Source: Alphaproteobacteria bacterium
GTDB lineage: Bacteria > Pseudomonadota > Alphaproteobacteria > MPNO01 > UBA830
Direction of reading: 5' to 3'
Length of the DNA: 64,000 bases
Assembly (NCBI GenBank): GCA_964291215.2
Contig: OZ219790.1
Coordinates: 1,152,001 to 1,216,000 of the forward strand
The translations under genes and the position numbers were made by a program. Numbering within the stretch: position 1 is the stretch's first letter; every line of letters begins with the position of its first letter. Positions 32,279 through 43,905 of the stretch are shown here, in pieces. The notes under the pieces were generated by a model that saw only the letters and a program-made list of their open reading frames with translations, searched no databases and had not been told where the DNA came from.

Positions 32279-33089
32279 GGCGCGCGCGCTCTCGGTCGCC
32301 TTCCCCGACCGCAGCCGCGAGCCGCTGATCGGGCAGCCGCCGCAGCGGACGGTGCTGTCCGGCGTCGATCTCGCGATCGCGCCCGGCGAAGCCGTCGGCG
32401 TGGTCGGCGAATCGGGTTCCGGCAAGACCACCCTTGGGAGAACGGTGCTGCGCCTTCACGAACCGGCGGATGGCACCATCCTGTTCCGCGGCCAGGACAT
32501 CACCCACCTGCCGGAAGAGCGGTTGCGCCCGCTGCGCCGGCACATGCAGATGATCTTCCAGGATCCGCAGTCCTCGCTCAATCCACGCCACCGCATCGCC
32601 CGCATACTCGCGGATCCCCTCGTCACGTTCGGTCTCGCATCGTCGTGGGCCGAAGCGAAGGAACGGGTCGGGCCGCTTCTCGGGCGCGTCGGGCTCCCGC
32701 CGGACTGCGGCGCGCGCTATCCCCACCAGCTCTCGGGTGGGCAGCGCCAGCGGGTGGGCATCGCCCGCGCAATCTCGGTGACACCGCAATTCGTGGTCGC
32801 CGACGAGATCGTCTCCGGGCTCGACGTCTCGGTGCAGGCGCAGATTCTGGATCTCCTGCGCAGGCTACGCGACGAGATGGGGCTCGCGCTGCTGTTCATC
32901 AGCCACGACCTGTCGGTGGTCCGCACCGTGTGCAGCCGCGTCCTGGTCATGCTGGACGCAAACGTGGTCGAGGAGGGCGCGTGCGCGGACATCTTCGCCC
33001 GGCCGCAACACCCCTACACCCGCGAACTGCTGGCCGCGATTCCGCTGCCCCGCGTCGAACCGGGGTGGCTGGCGGCGGACGGTCCGTGA
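32271..33089 (+). CDS. ABC ATPase (DppF-like)
   Basis: GESGSGKT, YPHQLSGGQRQR, HPYT. Confidence 0.92.
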   Translation: MLEARALSVAFPDRSREPLIGQPPQRTVLSGVDLAIAPGEAVGVVGESGSGKTTLGRTVLRLHEPADGTILFRGQDITHLPEERLRPLRRHMQMIFQDPQSSLNPRHRIARILADPLVTFGLASSWAEAKERVGPLLGRVGLPPDCGARYPHQLSGGQRQRVGIARAISVTPQFVVADEIVSGLDVSVQAQILDLLRRLRDEMGLALLFISHDLSVVRTVCSRVLVMLDANVVEEGACADIFARPQHPYTRELLAAIPLPRVEPGWLAADGP

Positions 33090-33102
33090 TGGAAACCCCG
33101 CC

Positions 33103-33825
33103 CTATTCCGGCAGGTAGGCGGCGAACTGCTTCTCCACCGCCTTCGGATCCTCCAGCAGGCCGGCGCGGACTTTCTGCGCCATCGGGCCGGGCCAGATCT
33201 CCTCCTCCCCGTCGGCGACGGCTCGCAGCACATCCGCCGCTATGTCCTCGGGCAGCGACTCGCCGTCCGGGCTCATGTCGGTCCTGATCGGACCCGGAAG
33301 AACGCTCATCACATGCGTGCCCTGGCCCGCAAGTTCCGCCCGGATGCCGTTGGTCATCAACAGCACCGCCGCCTTCGATCCGCAAACGGAACCGATAGCA
33401 GGAATCGAGACCCGCGCCAGCAGCGAGATGATATTGACGATCATTCCGCCCCCGTTGGCCTTGAGCACCGGCGCAAAGGCACGGCACATGCGGAGCGTGC
33501 CCAGGTAGTTGGTCTCGACCTCTATCCGCGCCGGATCAATACTCTCCGATCCTATCAGCGGTACGTTGAAGTTGACCCCCGCGTTGTTGATCAGCAGGTT
33601 GACGTCTCCGCACCGTACCGTCGCGGCATCCACGTGCGACGGACATCCGATGTCGAGCGCAACACCGACGACGCGATCGCCAAGTGTCAGATCCTCAGTC
33701 AGGGACGGATTTCTCGCCGTCGCGTAAATCTTCTTTGCGCCCGCCGCGTCCAAGGCACCGACCAGCGCCCGCCCAAGACCCCGATTGGACCCCGTGACGA
33801 GGACGGTTGCTGTCGTGAGTTCCAT
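33103..33825 (-). CDS. SDR oxidoreductase (atypical)
   Basis: TGSNRGLG, NNAG; the YxxxK position reads VCGSK. Confidence 0.82.
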   Translation of the reverse strand: MELTTATVLVTGSNRGLGRALVGALDAAGAKKIYATARNPSLTEDLTLGDRVVGVALDIGCPSHVDAATVRCGDVNLLINNAGVNFNVPLIGSESIDPARIEVETNYLGTLRMCRAFAPVLKANGGGMIVNIISLLARVSIPAIGSVCGSKAAVLLMTNGIRAELAGQGTHVMSVLPGPIRTDMSPDGESLPEDIAADVLRAVADGEEEIWPGPMAQKVRAGLLEDPKAVEKQFAAYLPE

Positions 33826-33868
33826 CTCTCTATCCCTCCGTATTCGACGTGACGGCCGTACAGGCCGG

Positions 33869-35113
33869 CTATTCTGCAGCCGCCGGAGCGGATTCCGACC
33901 AGCGTGCCATCATTCCGTTGGACGGCATGCTCGCCGCGTCCATCATCTTTTTCGCTACATCATGGCCCGCCAGCGGCAACTTGTCCGTATCCAGGAGCCC
34001 GATCTGCGCGAGCACCGAAGCCTGATCCCAATAGATATGCTCGTGGTAGAGCTTGTCGCCCCGGAAATTGATGATGGCGACTACCGGAATCTCGACGTAC
34101 TTGCCCGTAGGTTCTATGCCGGGCAGCATCCAGTCAATCTCACGGGTGTGGGAAAAGCAGAAAAGTATCTCGTCCACGACACGGTCCGCGCCGACGGTGC
34201 GCGAGACCGGAATCAGTTTCGTGTCCTCGGGATTGGCATGGACGAAGTGGTTGAGATAGAAGCGGTGCAATTCCTTGTAGCCTACGCCGCCGGTCAGCGT
34301 GGGAATGTGGTTGACATAAGGCTCTGCGACCATTGTCGCCATCGTGGCATCAACGTCGCGGGTGAGGAACTCGTGCTCGCAGTGCTTGTCCCACAGTGCC
34401 TCGAGATCATAATGCGGGCCCATCGTCCGGCGAAGAATCGCGATGGTCCGTGAATGGGCCATCGAGGCTGACGCCTTGTCGAAGACATCCCGGTCGCGGT
34501 TGTAAAAGCCGTGGTCCGCCCCGGGATAGGCATAGATCTCGATTTCGCCGCGCCCGGCGAAGGCCTCGCGAAGCGCAGCCACGCCCTCCGGCGGCATCAA
34601 CTGGTCAAGCTCGGGGCAGTGAAAGACCATCGGACAGCTGATGTTCGCAGCCTCGTCAAGCATTTCCGGAAGGCCGACGCCGTAAAAGGAAATCGAAACC
34701 TCGGGATCGAGCCGGGCCGCAGTCATGTAGGCGAGCTTGCCCCCCAGGCAGAACCCCATAAACCCTACCTTTCCGGTACATTCATCGAGGTTGCTAAGCG
34801 TTTCCATCGCGGCCCCGATATCCTCGACCGCCCTGTCAATATCGAAGCGTCCGAAATAGCCGAACGCCGTCTCGAAGTCGGCCTCGGAATAAGTCAGCTC
34901 GATACCCGGTTCAAGACGCCAGAACATGTCGGGCACGAGAACCGTGTACCCCTCTTCAGCAAAATAGTCCGCCGTCGCGCGCATCGTCGGGTTGACGCCA
35001 AAGATCTCCTGACCGATGATCAGACCCGGACCCGAGCCAGCTTCCGGCACGGCCAGATATCCGTTGAAACTGCCACCGTCCCGGGCGCGAATCTCGATCA
35101 TGCGACCTGCCAT
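33869..35113 (-). CDS. Dienelactone hydrolase fused to a SnoaL-like domain
   Basis: QEIFGVN, GFCLGG, HGF; C-terminal TM.TMV..PYVNH.PT.TGG...HEHIYWDQASVL. Confidence 0.88.
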   Translation of the reverse strand: MAGRMIEIRARDGGSFNGYLAVPEAGSGPGLIIGQEIFGVNPTMRATADYFAEEGYTVLVPDMFWRLEPGIELTYSEADFETAFGYFGRFDIDRAVEDIGAAMETLSNLDECTGKVGFMGFCLGGKLAYMTAARLDPEVSISFYGVGLPEMLDEAANISCPMVFHCPELDQLMPPEGVAALREAFAGRGEIEIYAYPGADHGFYNRDRDVFDKASASMAHSRTIAILRRTMGPHYDLEALWDKHCEHEFLTRDVDATMATMVAEPYVNHIPTLTGGVGYKELHRFYLNHFVHANPEDTKLIPVSRTVGADRVVDEILFCFSHTREIDWMLPGIEPTGKYVEIPVVAIINFRGDKLYHEHIYWDQASVLAQIGLLDTDKLPLAGHDVAKKMMDAASMPSNGMMARWSESAPAAAE

Positions 35114-35322
35114 TTCACCACTCCTCCAGTTTACATTGACCTGAAACGCGAACTATACCGCCAAGGTGCGAAACTACCAACCGCCGGGGAGCCGGCCGGC
35201 GTGACAGACATTGGCGGACCGCTCCGACAGCATCGCCGGCACGGTTCCGGGAAATGCATCCGAGCTTGCCACTCGGCACTAAAATACTCTATTCTGCCAA
35301 TGCCGTAACGAGGAGGCCGACG

Positions 35323-35784
35323 ATGCAAACAGTGAATATGGCCGTCAATGGTCGCAAGGTCTCGGGCGAAGTCGAGGGCCGTACCTTGCTTTCCGACTTT
35401 CTGCGCCAGAATCTGCGCCTGACGGGAACTCACATCGGGTGCGACACGAGCCAATGCGGCGCTTGCGTCGTACACGTGAATGGAAAGGCCGCCAAGTCCT
35501 GCACCATGTTCGCCCTCGAAGCCGAGGATGCCGACATCGTCACCATCGAAGGCATGGCGAACGAGGACGGAACCCTCGGGGTGATCCAGCAAGCCTTCCA
35601 GGACAACCACGCCCTGCAGTGCGGGTTCTGCACCCCCGGGATGGTGATGTCGGCAGCCGCGCTGCTCGCCGAGAACCCGGCCCCGTCCGAGATCGAGATC
35701 CGCGAATATCTCGACGGCAATATCTGCCGCTGCACCGGTTACCATAACATTGTCTCCGCGATAAAGGCTGCGGCCGCCGGTTGA
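35323..35784 (+). CDS. coxS: CODH-like molybdoenzyme small [2Fe-2S] subunit
   Basis: [24 protein letters not shown]. Confidence 0.92.
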   Translation: MQTVNMAVNGRKVSGEVEGRTLLSDFLRQNLRLTGTHIGCDTSQCGACVVHVNGKAAKSCTMFALEAEDADIVTIEGMANEDGTLGVIQQAFQDNHALQCGFCTPGMVMSAAALLAENPAPSEIEIREYLDGNICRCTGYHNIVSAIKAAAAG

Positions 35785-35814
35785 CCGGACCGCGAGAGAG
35801 ACCAGGAGAAAGCA

Positions 35815-38181
35815 ATGCCCAAGGATCACGGTATCGGTGCCAGTTCGAAGCGCCGCGAAGATGTCCGTTTCCTCACGGGAACCGGCAACTATACCGACGA
35901 CATCGACATCCATGGCCAAGCCCATGTTCATTTCCTCAGATCCGAGGTCGCACACGGAACCCTGAACTCGGTCGACGTCTCAAAGGCCGAAGGCATGCCC
36001 GGCGTCATCCGGATCTTCACCGGCGACGACTTTGCCGAGGTCGGCGGCCTGCCCTGCGGTTGGCAGGTGACCGATCGCCATGGCGAACCGATGAAGGAAC
36101 CGGGCCATCCCGTGCTCGCCCGCGGCAAGGTGCGCCATGTCGGCGATCCGATTGCGGCGATCGTGGCGGATACGCTCGCCGAGGCGCGAAATGCCGCCGA
36201 AGCAATCACACTCGATATCGAAGAGTTGCCAGCCGTGATCGACATGAAGGCAGCAGCAACCAGCGGATCGCTGGTGCATGACGAGATCGGCACCAACCTC
36301 TGCTACGACTGGGGCTTCGTCGAGGAAAACCGCGAAGCGGTCGACGAGGCGATCCGCAACGCCCATCACGTCACGACCCTAGAACTGACGAACAACCGTC
36401 TGGTTCCGAACGCAATGGAACCGCGTGTCGCGATCGGCGACTACAACGCCGCCACCGACGAATCGACACTATACACGACTTCCCAAAATCCCCATGTCAT
36501 CCGCCTCCTCATGGGTGCTTTCGTTCTCGGGCTTCCGGAACACAAGCTTCGGGTGGTAGCTCCCGATGTCGGCGGCGGGTTCGGCTCCAAGATCTTTCAC
36601 TATGCGGAGGAAGCGCTTTGCACCTTCGCTGCCCGAGCCATCAGGCGGCCGGTGAAGTGGACCGCAAGCCGATCGGAATCCTTCGTCACCGACTCGCACG
36701 GGCGCGACCATCTGACCAGGATCGAGCTGGCGCTGGACGCCGACGGCCGGTTTCTCGCCATCCGCACCGACACCCATGCTAATCTCGGCGCATATCTTTC
36801 GACCTTTGCGCCGTCGGTGCCGACATGGCTGCACGGGACGCTCATGGCGGGCAACTATGTGACGCCGCTGATCTATGTGAACGTCAAGGCGGTCTTCACC
36901 AACACGGTGCCGGTCGACGCCTATCGCGGCGCGGGTCGTCCGGAAGCGACCTTCCAGCTCGAACGGGTCATCGACAAGGCTGCCCGCGAACTGGGGATCA
37001 GCCCCGTCGAAATCCGCCGGCGGAACTTCGTCAAGGCTGACCAGTTTCCGTATGCGACGCCGGTCGCGCTCCAATACGATACCGGCGACTACCACGCAAC
37101 GATGGACAGGCTGGTCGAGATCGCCGATCTCGACGGCTTCGAGGCCCGGCTGACAGAGTCCGGCGCTCGCGGGAAGCTTCGCGGCCTCGGGGTCAACGCA
37201 TATATCGAGGCCTGCGGCATCGCGCCGTCCAATCTCGTCGGCCAGCTCGGCGCCCGCGCAGGCCTCTACGAGAGCGCGACGGTGCGGGTCAACGCAACCG
37301 GATCGGTGACAGTGCTCACCGGGTGCCATTCACACGGCCAGGGTCACGAAACGACCTTTCCGCAAGTGGTTGCTGAGATGCTCGGGATCGCGGAGGACCA
37401 GGTCAACATCGTGCACGGAGACACGGCGAACACGCCGATGGGCATGGGCACCTATGGATCACGCTCGATTGCAGTCGGCGGTGCCGCCATGGTTCGGGCC
37501 ACCGAGAAGATCATTGCCAAGGCCCGCAAGATTGCCGCACATCTTCTTGAGGCGGATGAAGCCGACATCGAGTTCTCGGACGGCAGCTTCACGATTGCCG
37601 GCACCGACCAGGCGGTGGCATGGGGCGATGTCTGCCTGGCGGCCTACGTTCCGCACAACTATCCGCTCGAAGAACTCGAACCGGGGCTTGAGGAAACCGC
37701 CTTCTATGATCCCGCCAACTTCACCTTCCCGGCCGGCTGTTACGCCTGCGAGGTCGAGGTCGATCCGCAAACGGGCAAGGTCGATATCTGCTCCTTCGCG
37801 GCCGCCGACGATTTCGGCAACATCATCAATCCGATGATTGTCGACGGTCAGGTTCACGGCGGAATCGCCCAGGGAATAGGTCAGGCCATGCTCGAGAACA
37901 CGGTCTATGACGACAACGGACAGCTGTTGACCGGTTCGTACATGGATTACGCGATGCCACGGGCCAAGGATCTGCCCGAGCTCATGGTTGATCATTCCTG
38001 CAAGACACCGTGCAGCCACAATTCACTCGGCGTCAAGGGATGTGGCGAAGCGGGCGCCATCGGCTCGCCGCCAGCGGTGGTCAATGCCGTGATCGATGCC
38101 CTGACACGAGGCGGCCACTCCGTGGACCATATCGACATGCCGGTCAGCCCCGCCCGGGTTTGGGCAGCCATCGACGGCTAG
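35815..38181 (+). CDS. coxL: Form II CODH-like large subunit
   Basis: Active-site motif AYRGAGR (form II), GGGFGSK, GVKGCGE; SLM gene order. Confidence 0.92.
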   Translation: MPKDHGIGASSKRREDVRFLTGTGNYTDDIDIHGQAHVHFLRSEVAHGTLNSVDVSKAEGMPGVIRIFTGDDFAEVGGLPCGWQVTDRHGEPMKEPGHPVLARGKVRHVGDPIAAIVADTLAEARNAAEAITLDIEELPAVIDMKAAATSGSLVHDEIGTNLCYDWGFVEENREAVDEAIRNAHHVTTLELTNNRLVPNAMEPRVAIGDYNAATDESTLYTTSQNPHVIRLLMGAFVLGLPEHKLRVVAPDVGGGFGSKIFHYAEEALCTFAARAIRRPVKWTASRSESFVTDSHGRDHLTRIELALDADGRFLAIRTDTHANLGAYLSTFAPSVPTWLHGTLMAGNYVTPLIYVNVKAVFTNTVPVDAYRGAGRPEATFQLERVIDKAARELGISPVEIRRRNFVKADQFPYATPVALQYDTGDYHATMDRLVEIADLDGFEARLTESGARGKLRGLGVNAYIEACGIAPSNLVGQLGARAGLYESATVRVNATGSVTVLTGCHSHGQGHETTFPQVVAEMLGIAEDQVNIVHGDTANTPMGMGTYGSRSIAVGGAAMVRATEKIIAKARKIAAHLLEADEADIEFSDGSFTIAGTDQAVAWGDVCLAAYVPHNYPLEELEPGLEETAFYDPANFTFPAGCYACEVEVDPQTGKVDICSFAAADDFGNIINPMIVDGQVHGGIAQGIGQAMLENTVYDDNGQLLTGSYMDYAMPRAKDLPELMVDHSCKTPCSHNSLGVKGCGEAGAIGSPPAVVNAVIDALTRGGHSVDHIDMPVSPARVWAAIDG

Positions 38182-38233
38182 AACCCGGTACCGCTACCGT
38201 GCGGTTCCGGAAGCGGCCATCAAGGAGGTGGAA

Positions 38234-39028
38234 ATGTACGATTTCGAATATGTGCGCCCCAAGACGCTCGCCGACGCCGTCACGGCCGTGGCCGACGACG
38301 GCGCACAGCCGATCGGCGGTGGACAGACCCTGATCCCAACGCTGAAGAGCCGGCTGGCCAGCCCCACCCGACTGGTATCGCTGTCCGCGATCGCGGAACT
38401 GCGTGGCGTCTCGACGGGTACCGACGGCACCATCCGCATCGGTGGCACGACAGTCCATGCCGAGGTCGCCCGTGACACGACTGCATCGTTTCCTGCCCTA
38501 GCCGGCCTCGCCGCAAAAATCGGCGATCCGGCAGTCCGCAACATGGGCACCATAGGTGGCAGCCTAGCCAACAACGATCCATCTGCATGCTATCCGGCGG
38601 CCGTCCTGGCCAGCAATGCCACGATCAGAACCAACCGTCGCGAGATTTCCGCCGATGATTTCTTTTGCGGGTTTTTCGAGACGGCTCTCGATTCGGACGA
38701 GATCATCACGGAAGTACTTTTCCCGATCCCGGATGCGGCCGCCTACAAGAAATTCGAACAACCAGCTTCGCGTTTTGCGCTTGTCGGTGTGTTCGTCGCA
38801 AGATGCGGCAACTCGACACGCATTGCGGTAACCGGCGCTTCGGAGAACGGCGTTTACCGGTGGCGGGAAGCAGAAGCCGCACTCGGGGAATCCTTTTCCG
38901 ACGCTTCGCTCGCATCGCTCGATGTCGACGCCGACAGCATGATCAACGACCTGCACGGTCCGCCGCGCTACCGGGCGCATCTGATCAAGGTGCTCACCGG
39001 TCGTGCCGTGGCCGCAGCAAGTTCCTGA
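38234..39028 (+). CDS. coxM: CODH-like FAD medium subunit
   Basis: GGQTLIP, VRNMGTIGGS.ANNDP, ASRFA. Confidence 0.92.
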   Translation: MYDFEYVRPKTLADAVTAVADDGAQPIGGGQTLIPTLKSRLASPTRLVSLSAIAELRGVSTGTDGTIRIGGTTVHAEVARDTTASFPALAGLAAKIGDPAVRNMGTIGGSLANNDPSACYPAAVLASNATIRTNRREISADDFFCGFFETALDSDEIITEVLFPIPDAAAYKKFEQPASRFALVGVFVARCGNSTRIAVTGASENGVYRWREAEAALGESFSDASLASLDVDADSMINDLHGPPRYRAHLIKVLTGRAVAAASS

Positions 39029-39227
39029 GCGCTCGCCTGTCCGGCTGCAAGTATGTAGGCCGGTAGCGAGCGTCGCACGGGTGTTTTGGAGGGTTTTGGT
39101 CTGCCAGCCGTTCCTTCATGCCGGTAGCAGGCCATAAATCTGCGCCAGAAAATCGAACACATGCCGCCAACCGGATACCCGACCCGAGAAATTTGTGGCC
39201 TTGTCTTCGAATCTACTATCATCGAAT

Positions 39228-39381
39228 CTAGACCGAAGTTCCAGAGAATTCCGGCTGAAATGCACGTCAAGCCATTGATGAAGCGTGGTTTGTCGGATTT
39301 TTCGTGCGTCGGAGTGTACCCATGTAATATTGTGTTGGATGCTTGACATCCATGGATCTTGCTCCCATATACAGTAGCCAT
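39228..39381 (+). mobile_element. Solo IS1634 left-end fragment
   Basis: ctagaccgaagttcc matches the TIR at 41909; similar cccatgtaa...cttgaca...gccat leader; truncated at the start codon. Confidence 0.6.
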
Positions 39382-39389
39382 CTATGCTG

Positions 39390-40335
39390 GGGACGGGTCA
39401 AGGGGCGGCCAGGAACCCCTCCACCGGGTGGTTGCGGAACATCCGTGGTGCGAGCCCTTGTTGTCTCCGGGGACTTGTGTCCCAGGATGTCCTGCACGAC
39501 ACTCTGCGGCGCACCTCTTTCGAGAAGATGTGTTGCGGTGCCGCAGACTGTGAAAGGTGACCCCGTGATCGAGGCCGACTTGGTCCTTTGAAAGGCGGCC
39601 TGCAGTCCTTTCACGGTGATCGGCGCATCGGGCGTGTGGCTGTAGAAGAGCCAGCTTTGGGGACGTGGCCAGTTCCAGTAGCGCTCCAGTTCCTTGAGCA
39701 CGGCAGGCAGGCGCTCGTGGTGGCTCTTGCCCTCGCGGATGTGCAGGAGACCTTGCTCACGGTGAATGTCCGTGACCTGCAGCGACACCACTTCCGAGAT
39801 GCGCAGCGCCGTAGGCGACAACGGTTGCCGTGCGTACGTCGGTGATCGCCTGGATCAGGTGCTCGACATCCTCTTCCGGGATCGTCCGCGGCAGGCGGTC
39901 GGGAACCCGGCGACAACGCAGGACCTTCTCGGGCTGACCGAGCACACTATCATAGAACAGGCGGATCGCCGTGACGTTGGTCGTGCGCGGCGCCAGACCC
40001 TCCGCTCCAGGATCCAGGCCTCGCCCGTCTGACTCTCCAGCTGATGTCCGGTATGGAGGTCGAACATCGTAATCTCACGCAGATAGTTCTCCTGCGTGCG
40101 ACAGACCCTTCATCGTCTCGATCGTCTTCTGGCGCAGAGGCGAAACTTCCTTTGCCTCTCACTCCCTGGTTGATGGTCCTCCCGAACAGTCGGGAGACCA
40201 GGAAGTGTGGTGCCTCGATCAGATCATCGAAACATCAGGAACGACGATCTCTCAACACAACCACTCACATCGATCGCTCAGCACAGTGCTCGATCACAAG
40301 CACCCATGGCCGCGAAGCGGCCTTCGTCCAAACTG
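39390..40335 (-). pseudogene. Tyrosine integrase remnant (type usually paired with IS91-like transposases)
   Basis: LRISEV..LQVTDI, FHSLRH..ATHLLERG...VQDILGH; many frameshifts. Upstream ccgcgaagcggccttcgtccaa is an end-like motif. Confidence 0.75.
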
Positions 40336-40423
40336 ACCCGTGGGCAAGCGCTCAACCAAAACCACCAGACAGACAAAAACGCCAACGCAAACAACACGGA
40401 TTCGATTATTTGGTGACAAACCC

Positions 40424-40632
40424 TAAGCGCTTCGGGCGCCCCACCTTCTAGGAGAGCCCCTGATTTGAGATTCACCGCTTCTTCGGAAACTGGAGGTGAG
40501 TTTCACCATGGTGGGCACTGTTGAGGTTCTGACAGAGGCGGAAGTGATCCCGGGAGTGAAGGGGTATCGTCGCTGGCCGGACGGTCTGAAGGCGCGGGTC
40601 GTGGCGGAAACGCTTGAGGCGGGAGCGCGGTA
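40424..40632 (+). mobile_element. IS66 left end and tnpA fragment
   Basis: (g)taagcg TIR remnant; VEVL...RRWPDGLKARVVAETLEAGAR. Abuts a truncated gene start at 40699 (minus). Confidence 0.65.
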
Positions 40633-40745
40633 TCTCGACCGCGATCAGCGCCGGCCGGCCTTCTGCAAGGCGGCGCTTGCGGGTTCCCGTATCGGTCATG
40701 CGAAGATCCTCTCTAGGTCAAGCCGTTCTGTTCCGACCGATGCCG

Positions 40746-41816
40746 TCAGGCCGCCCGGATCCGGGCCCAGGCCGCTTCGTAGAGTCTTGTGGCCTCCTCG
40801 CCCCGGTAGAGCGCAGGCTCGCAGGCCGCGAGCGTCTCCTCGCTCGGGAAAATGCCAGGATTCTCTGTATAGCTCGCTGGCAGCAGCGCCTTCGCGGCAG
40901 CATTGGGCGTGGCGTAGCGGATTGCCTCCGCAATCGCCGCGCCGGCCTCGGCCTCCAGGATGAAGTCGATGAAGGCGTGCGCGTTTCCGGGATGCGGCGC
41001 ACCCCGCGGGATCGCGAGGGTATCCTCCCACAGGATCGACCCCTCGCGGGGCACGACATAGGAAATGTCGTCGTCCTCCGCCGTCGCCTGCAATATGTCG
41101 CCGTTCCACTCCATCGCGATGTCCACCTCGCCGGACAGCAGCAGGTCCTGTCCGTTGTCCGGCGCGAACAGCTTGAGATGCGGCTTCTGGGCCACGATCA
41201 GCTTCTCGGCCGCCTCGACGGTCTTCGGATCGGCCGTGTTGAGCGGATGGCCCATATACTTGAAGGCTGCGCCCAGCACCGTGCCTGCCTCGCTCAGCAG
41301 CGCGCAGCGGCCGCTATAGCGGTCGGAGTCGTAGAGCCAGCACCAGCTGTCGGGCACCCCGTCGCAGCGGGACTTCCGGTAGCCGATACCCATCGTGCCC
41401 CACATATAGGGGATGGAGTGGCGCCGGCCGGGGTCGAAAGCAGCGTCCCGAAAGGCCGGCTCGATATTCGCCATGTTGGGGATGACCGCATGGTCGAGCG
41501 GCATGAGCATGTCGGCGGCGATCATGCGCTCGACGAAATCGTTGGTCGGCACGATCACGTCATAGCCGGGATTGCCGTCCCTCAGCCGCGCGAACAACTC
41601 GTTATTGTTCGCGAAGAGGTCCATCCAGACCGCGACGCCGGTCCGCGCCTCGAAATCCGCGAGCGTGGTCTCGCCGACATAGGTATCCCAGTTGTAGAAA
41701 TTGAGCTTGGGCCCTTCCCCGGCAAGGCCGCCTTGCGGCAGGATCGCGAGGCCCGCCGCCGCACCCGCGCCGGCAAGGAAGCGGCGGCGCGTCACCGGGA
41801 CTGAGGCTTGGCGCAT
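40746..41816 (-). CDS. Spermidine/putrescine ABC substrate-binding protein (PotD/PotF-like), Tat signal
   Basis: TRRRFL, LNFYNWDTY, YDVIVP, PYMWGT.GI.Y, PREG. Confidence 0.92.
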   Translation of the reverse strand: MRQASVPVTRRRFLAGAGAAAGLAILPQGGLAGEGPKLNFYNWDTYVGETTLADFEARTGVAVWMDLFANNNELFARLRDGNPGYDVIVPTNDFVERMIAADMLMPLDHAVIPNMANIEPAFRDAAFDPGRRHSIPYMWGTMGIGYRKSRCDGVPDSWCWLYDSDRYSGRCALLSEAGTVLGAAFKYMGHPLNTADPKTVEAAEKLIVAQKPHLKLFAPDNGQDLLLSGEVDIAMEWNGDILQATAEDDDISYVVPREGSILWEDTLAIPRGAPHPGNAHAFIDFILEAEAGAAIAEAIRYATPNAAAKALLPASYTENPGIFPSEETLAACEPALYRGEEATRLYEAAWARIRAA

Positions 41817-43776
41817 TGGGATCTCCTAGGCCTTCGGGGTGCAGTCGAAGGCGAGTGTCGAGGGCGCGCCGGGAGAAGTCAAATGCAGGGGATTGTCGGA
41901 CATGCACGCTAGGCCGAAGTTCCGTATGATTTCAGCGGGAGAATCACACCAAGCCGTTGATATTGTTGGCAAAATTGCATGATGGCGACATGGAGATGCT
42001 CCCATGTAACAGTGAAGTTGCCTCTTGACAACGGACGATGCAATGCCTGTATGCGTTGCCATGTACATCGACATCGTCCCCAACCGCAACTCGCCATCCT
42101 CCTGCGCGAAGGATGGCGCGAGAACGGAAAGGTCAGGAAACGCACCATCGCCAATCTCTCCTCCTGGCCCATGGAGAAGGTCGAGATCCTGCGGCGCCTC
42201 TTGAAGAACGAACCCCTCGGTGACGATGCCTTCGACATCGTCCGTTCCCTTCCCCATGTCGCCGCAGTGCCGGGAACCCTGAAGAGGCTGGACAGGCTGA
42301 TCGATCCGACGCCCTCTCCCAAGCGCGATCAGGTGCTGGCCATGATCGTGGTACGGATCCTCGAGCCCGCCTCGAAGCTGGCCAGGGGGCTGGCGACAGC
42401 GGTCTCCACCCCGGGCGAGGTCCTCGAGACGGAAGGGGACAAGGACGACCTCTACGGCGCCGGCTCCTGGAGCGTCAGGAGAGGATCGAGCGGTCCCTGG
42501 CGAAGCGGCACCTCGAAGAGGACTGCCTGGTGCTCCATGACCTGACTTCCGTGTGGATGGAGGGCAGAGCGTGCCCCTTGGCCAGGCGAGGTCATTCCCG
42601 GGATGGCAAGAAGGGCAAGCTGCAGTCGGCCTTCTGTGTGATCGGGACGGGTGTCGGTGCAGGTGTTCCCCGGCAACACCCGGCGACGCTGTCCTCGCAG
42701 ATCACCACGCTGCAGGAGCGGTTCTCCCTTGCGAAGGTGGTGCTGGTGGGGGATCGGGGGACTGAGGCCCGCGAGGAGGTGAAACCTGCGGGTCTGGATC
42801 AGCGCCTTGAGGGGACTGGCCATCCATTCACTGGTGGAGGCCGGCGATGTCGAGATGTCGCTCTTCGACGAGAGAGACTTGGTGGAGATCACCAGCGATG
42901 CGTATCCCGGCGAACACCTCTGCCGCAACCCATTGCTGGCCGAGGACCGGGCCCGCGGGACCTGCTCGAGGCCACCGAGGCTCGCACCGATCGCAGCAGC
43001 GACACGGCGCGACAAGCGCCGGGAAGATCGGGGAGAGGGTCGGCAAGGTCATCGGCAGGTACAAGATGGCGAAGCACTTCACGTGGTCCATCGACGATGA
43101 CGGTGTCTTCACCTGTGGGCGCGATGAGGCTGCCATCGCTGCCGAGGCCAGGCTCGACGGTCCCGGCACGGTGTGCGCGCCTGCAAGCGGCTGAGCTCCG
43201 TGGAACGGGCCTTCCGCAGCCTCAAGACCGTGGACCTGAAGGTGCGTCCCGTCTACCACCGCACCGAGCCCCGGGCCACGTCTTCCTGTGCATGCTCGCC
43301 TGTTACATCGAATGGCACATGCGCCAGAGACTGAAGCCCTTGCTGTTCGACGACGAGGATGCCGAAGGCGACCGTCCGTCGTGGCGCCGCCAGAGGTCTC
43401 GGCGAGCGCCCGGGCCAAGGCGGCAACCAAGAGGACGCCCGGGGATGGCACAGCTTCTCCACCCTCATCGGCGATCTCGCGACCATCACCCGCAACACCG
43501 TGGCGCCCCGCCTTGCGGGCGCCAAACCCTTCCAAGTTACCACACGGCCCACGCCGCTACAGAAAAAGGCCTTGGACTATCTAGGCGTGCGCCTGTAGCG
43601 TTCTCGGTAGCGACACACTCGATTCTCTCAAACGTCAATACGTTCATAACGAGTAACTGCTCACCCCCTGGTTCCGGCTTGATGTCGGGGTAGAGTAACG
43701 AACGGGTTTTCGTGGAGATTTGACACTGCAGGCCGATTCGCTTAGTGGTGGTCATCGAGAACGACGAGGACCGCCA

Positions 43777-43905
43777 GTGGGCTACTTTGGATCGAAGGCG
43801 ACGAGCGGGCTGTGCCAGCTGCTTCCGGGGCTCCAGCCCCCGCATGATCTGTATGTGGAAACGCATCTCGGAGGCGGCGCGCTGATGAAGCGCAAGGCCG
43901 GGCGG
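43777..43905 (+). pseudogene. N-terminal fragment of a D12-class/Dam-like DNA adenine methyltransferase inside IS66
   Basis: RBS GAGGA, then VGYFGSKATSGLCQ...PPHDLYVETHLGGGALM (motif X/I pattern YxGxK...YxExxxGGG). Confidence 0.65.
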
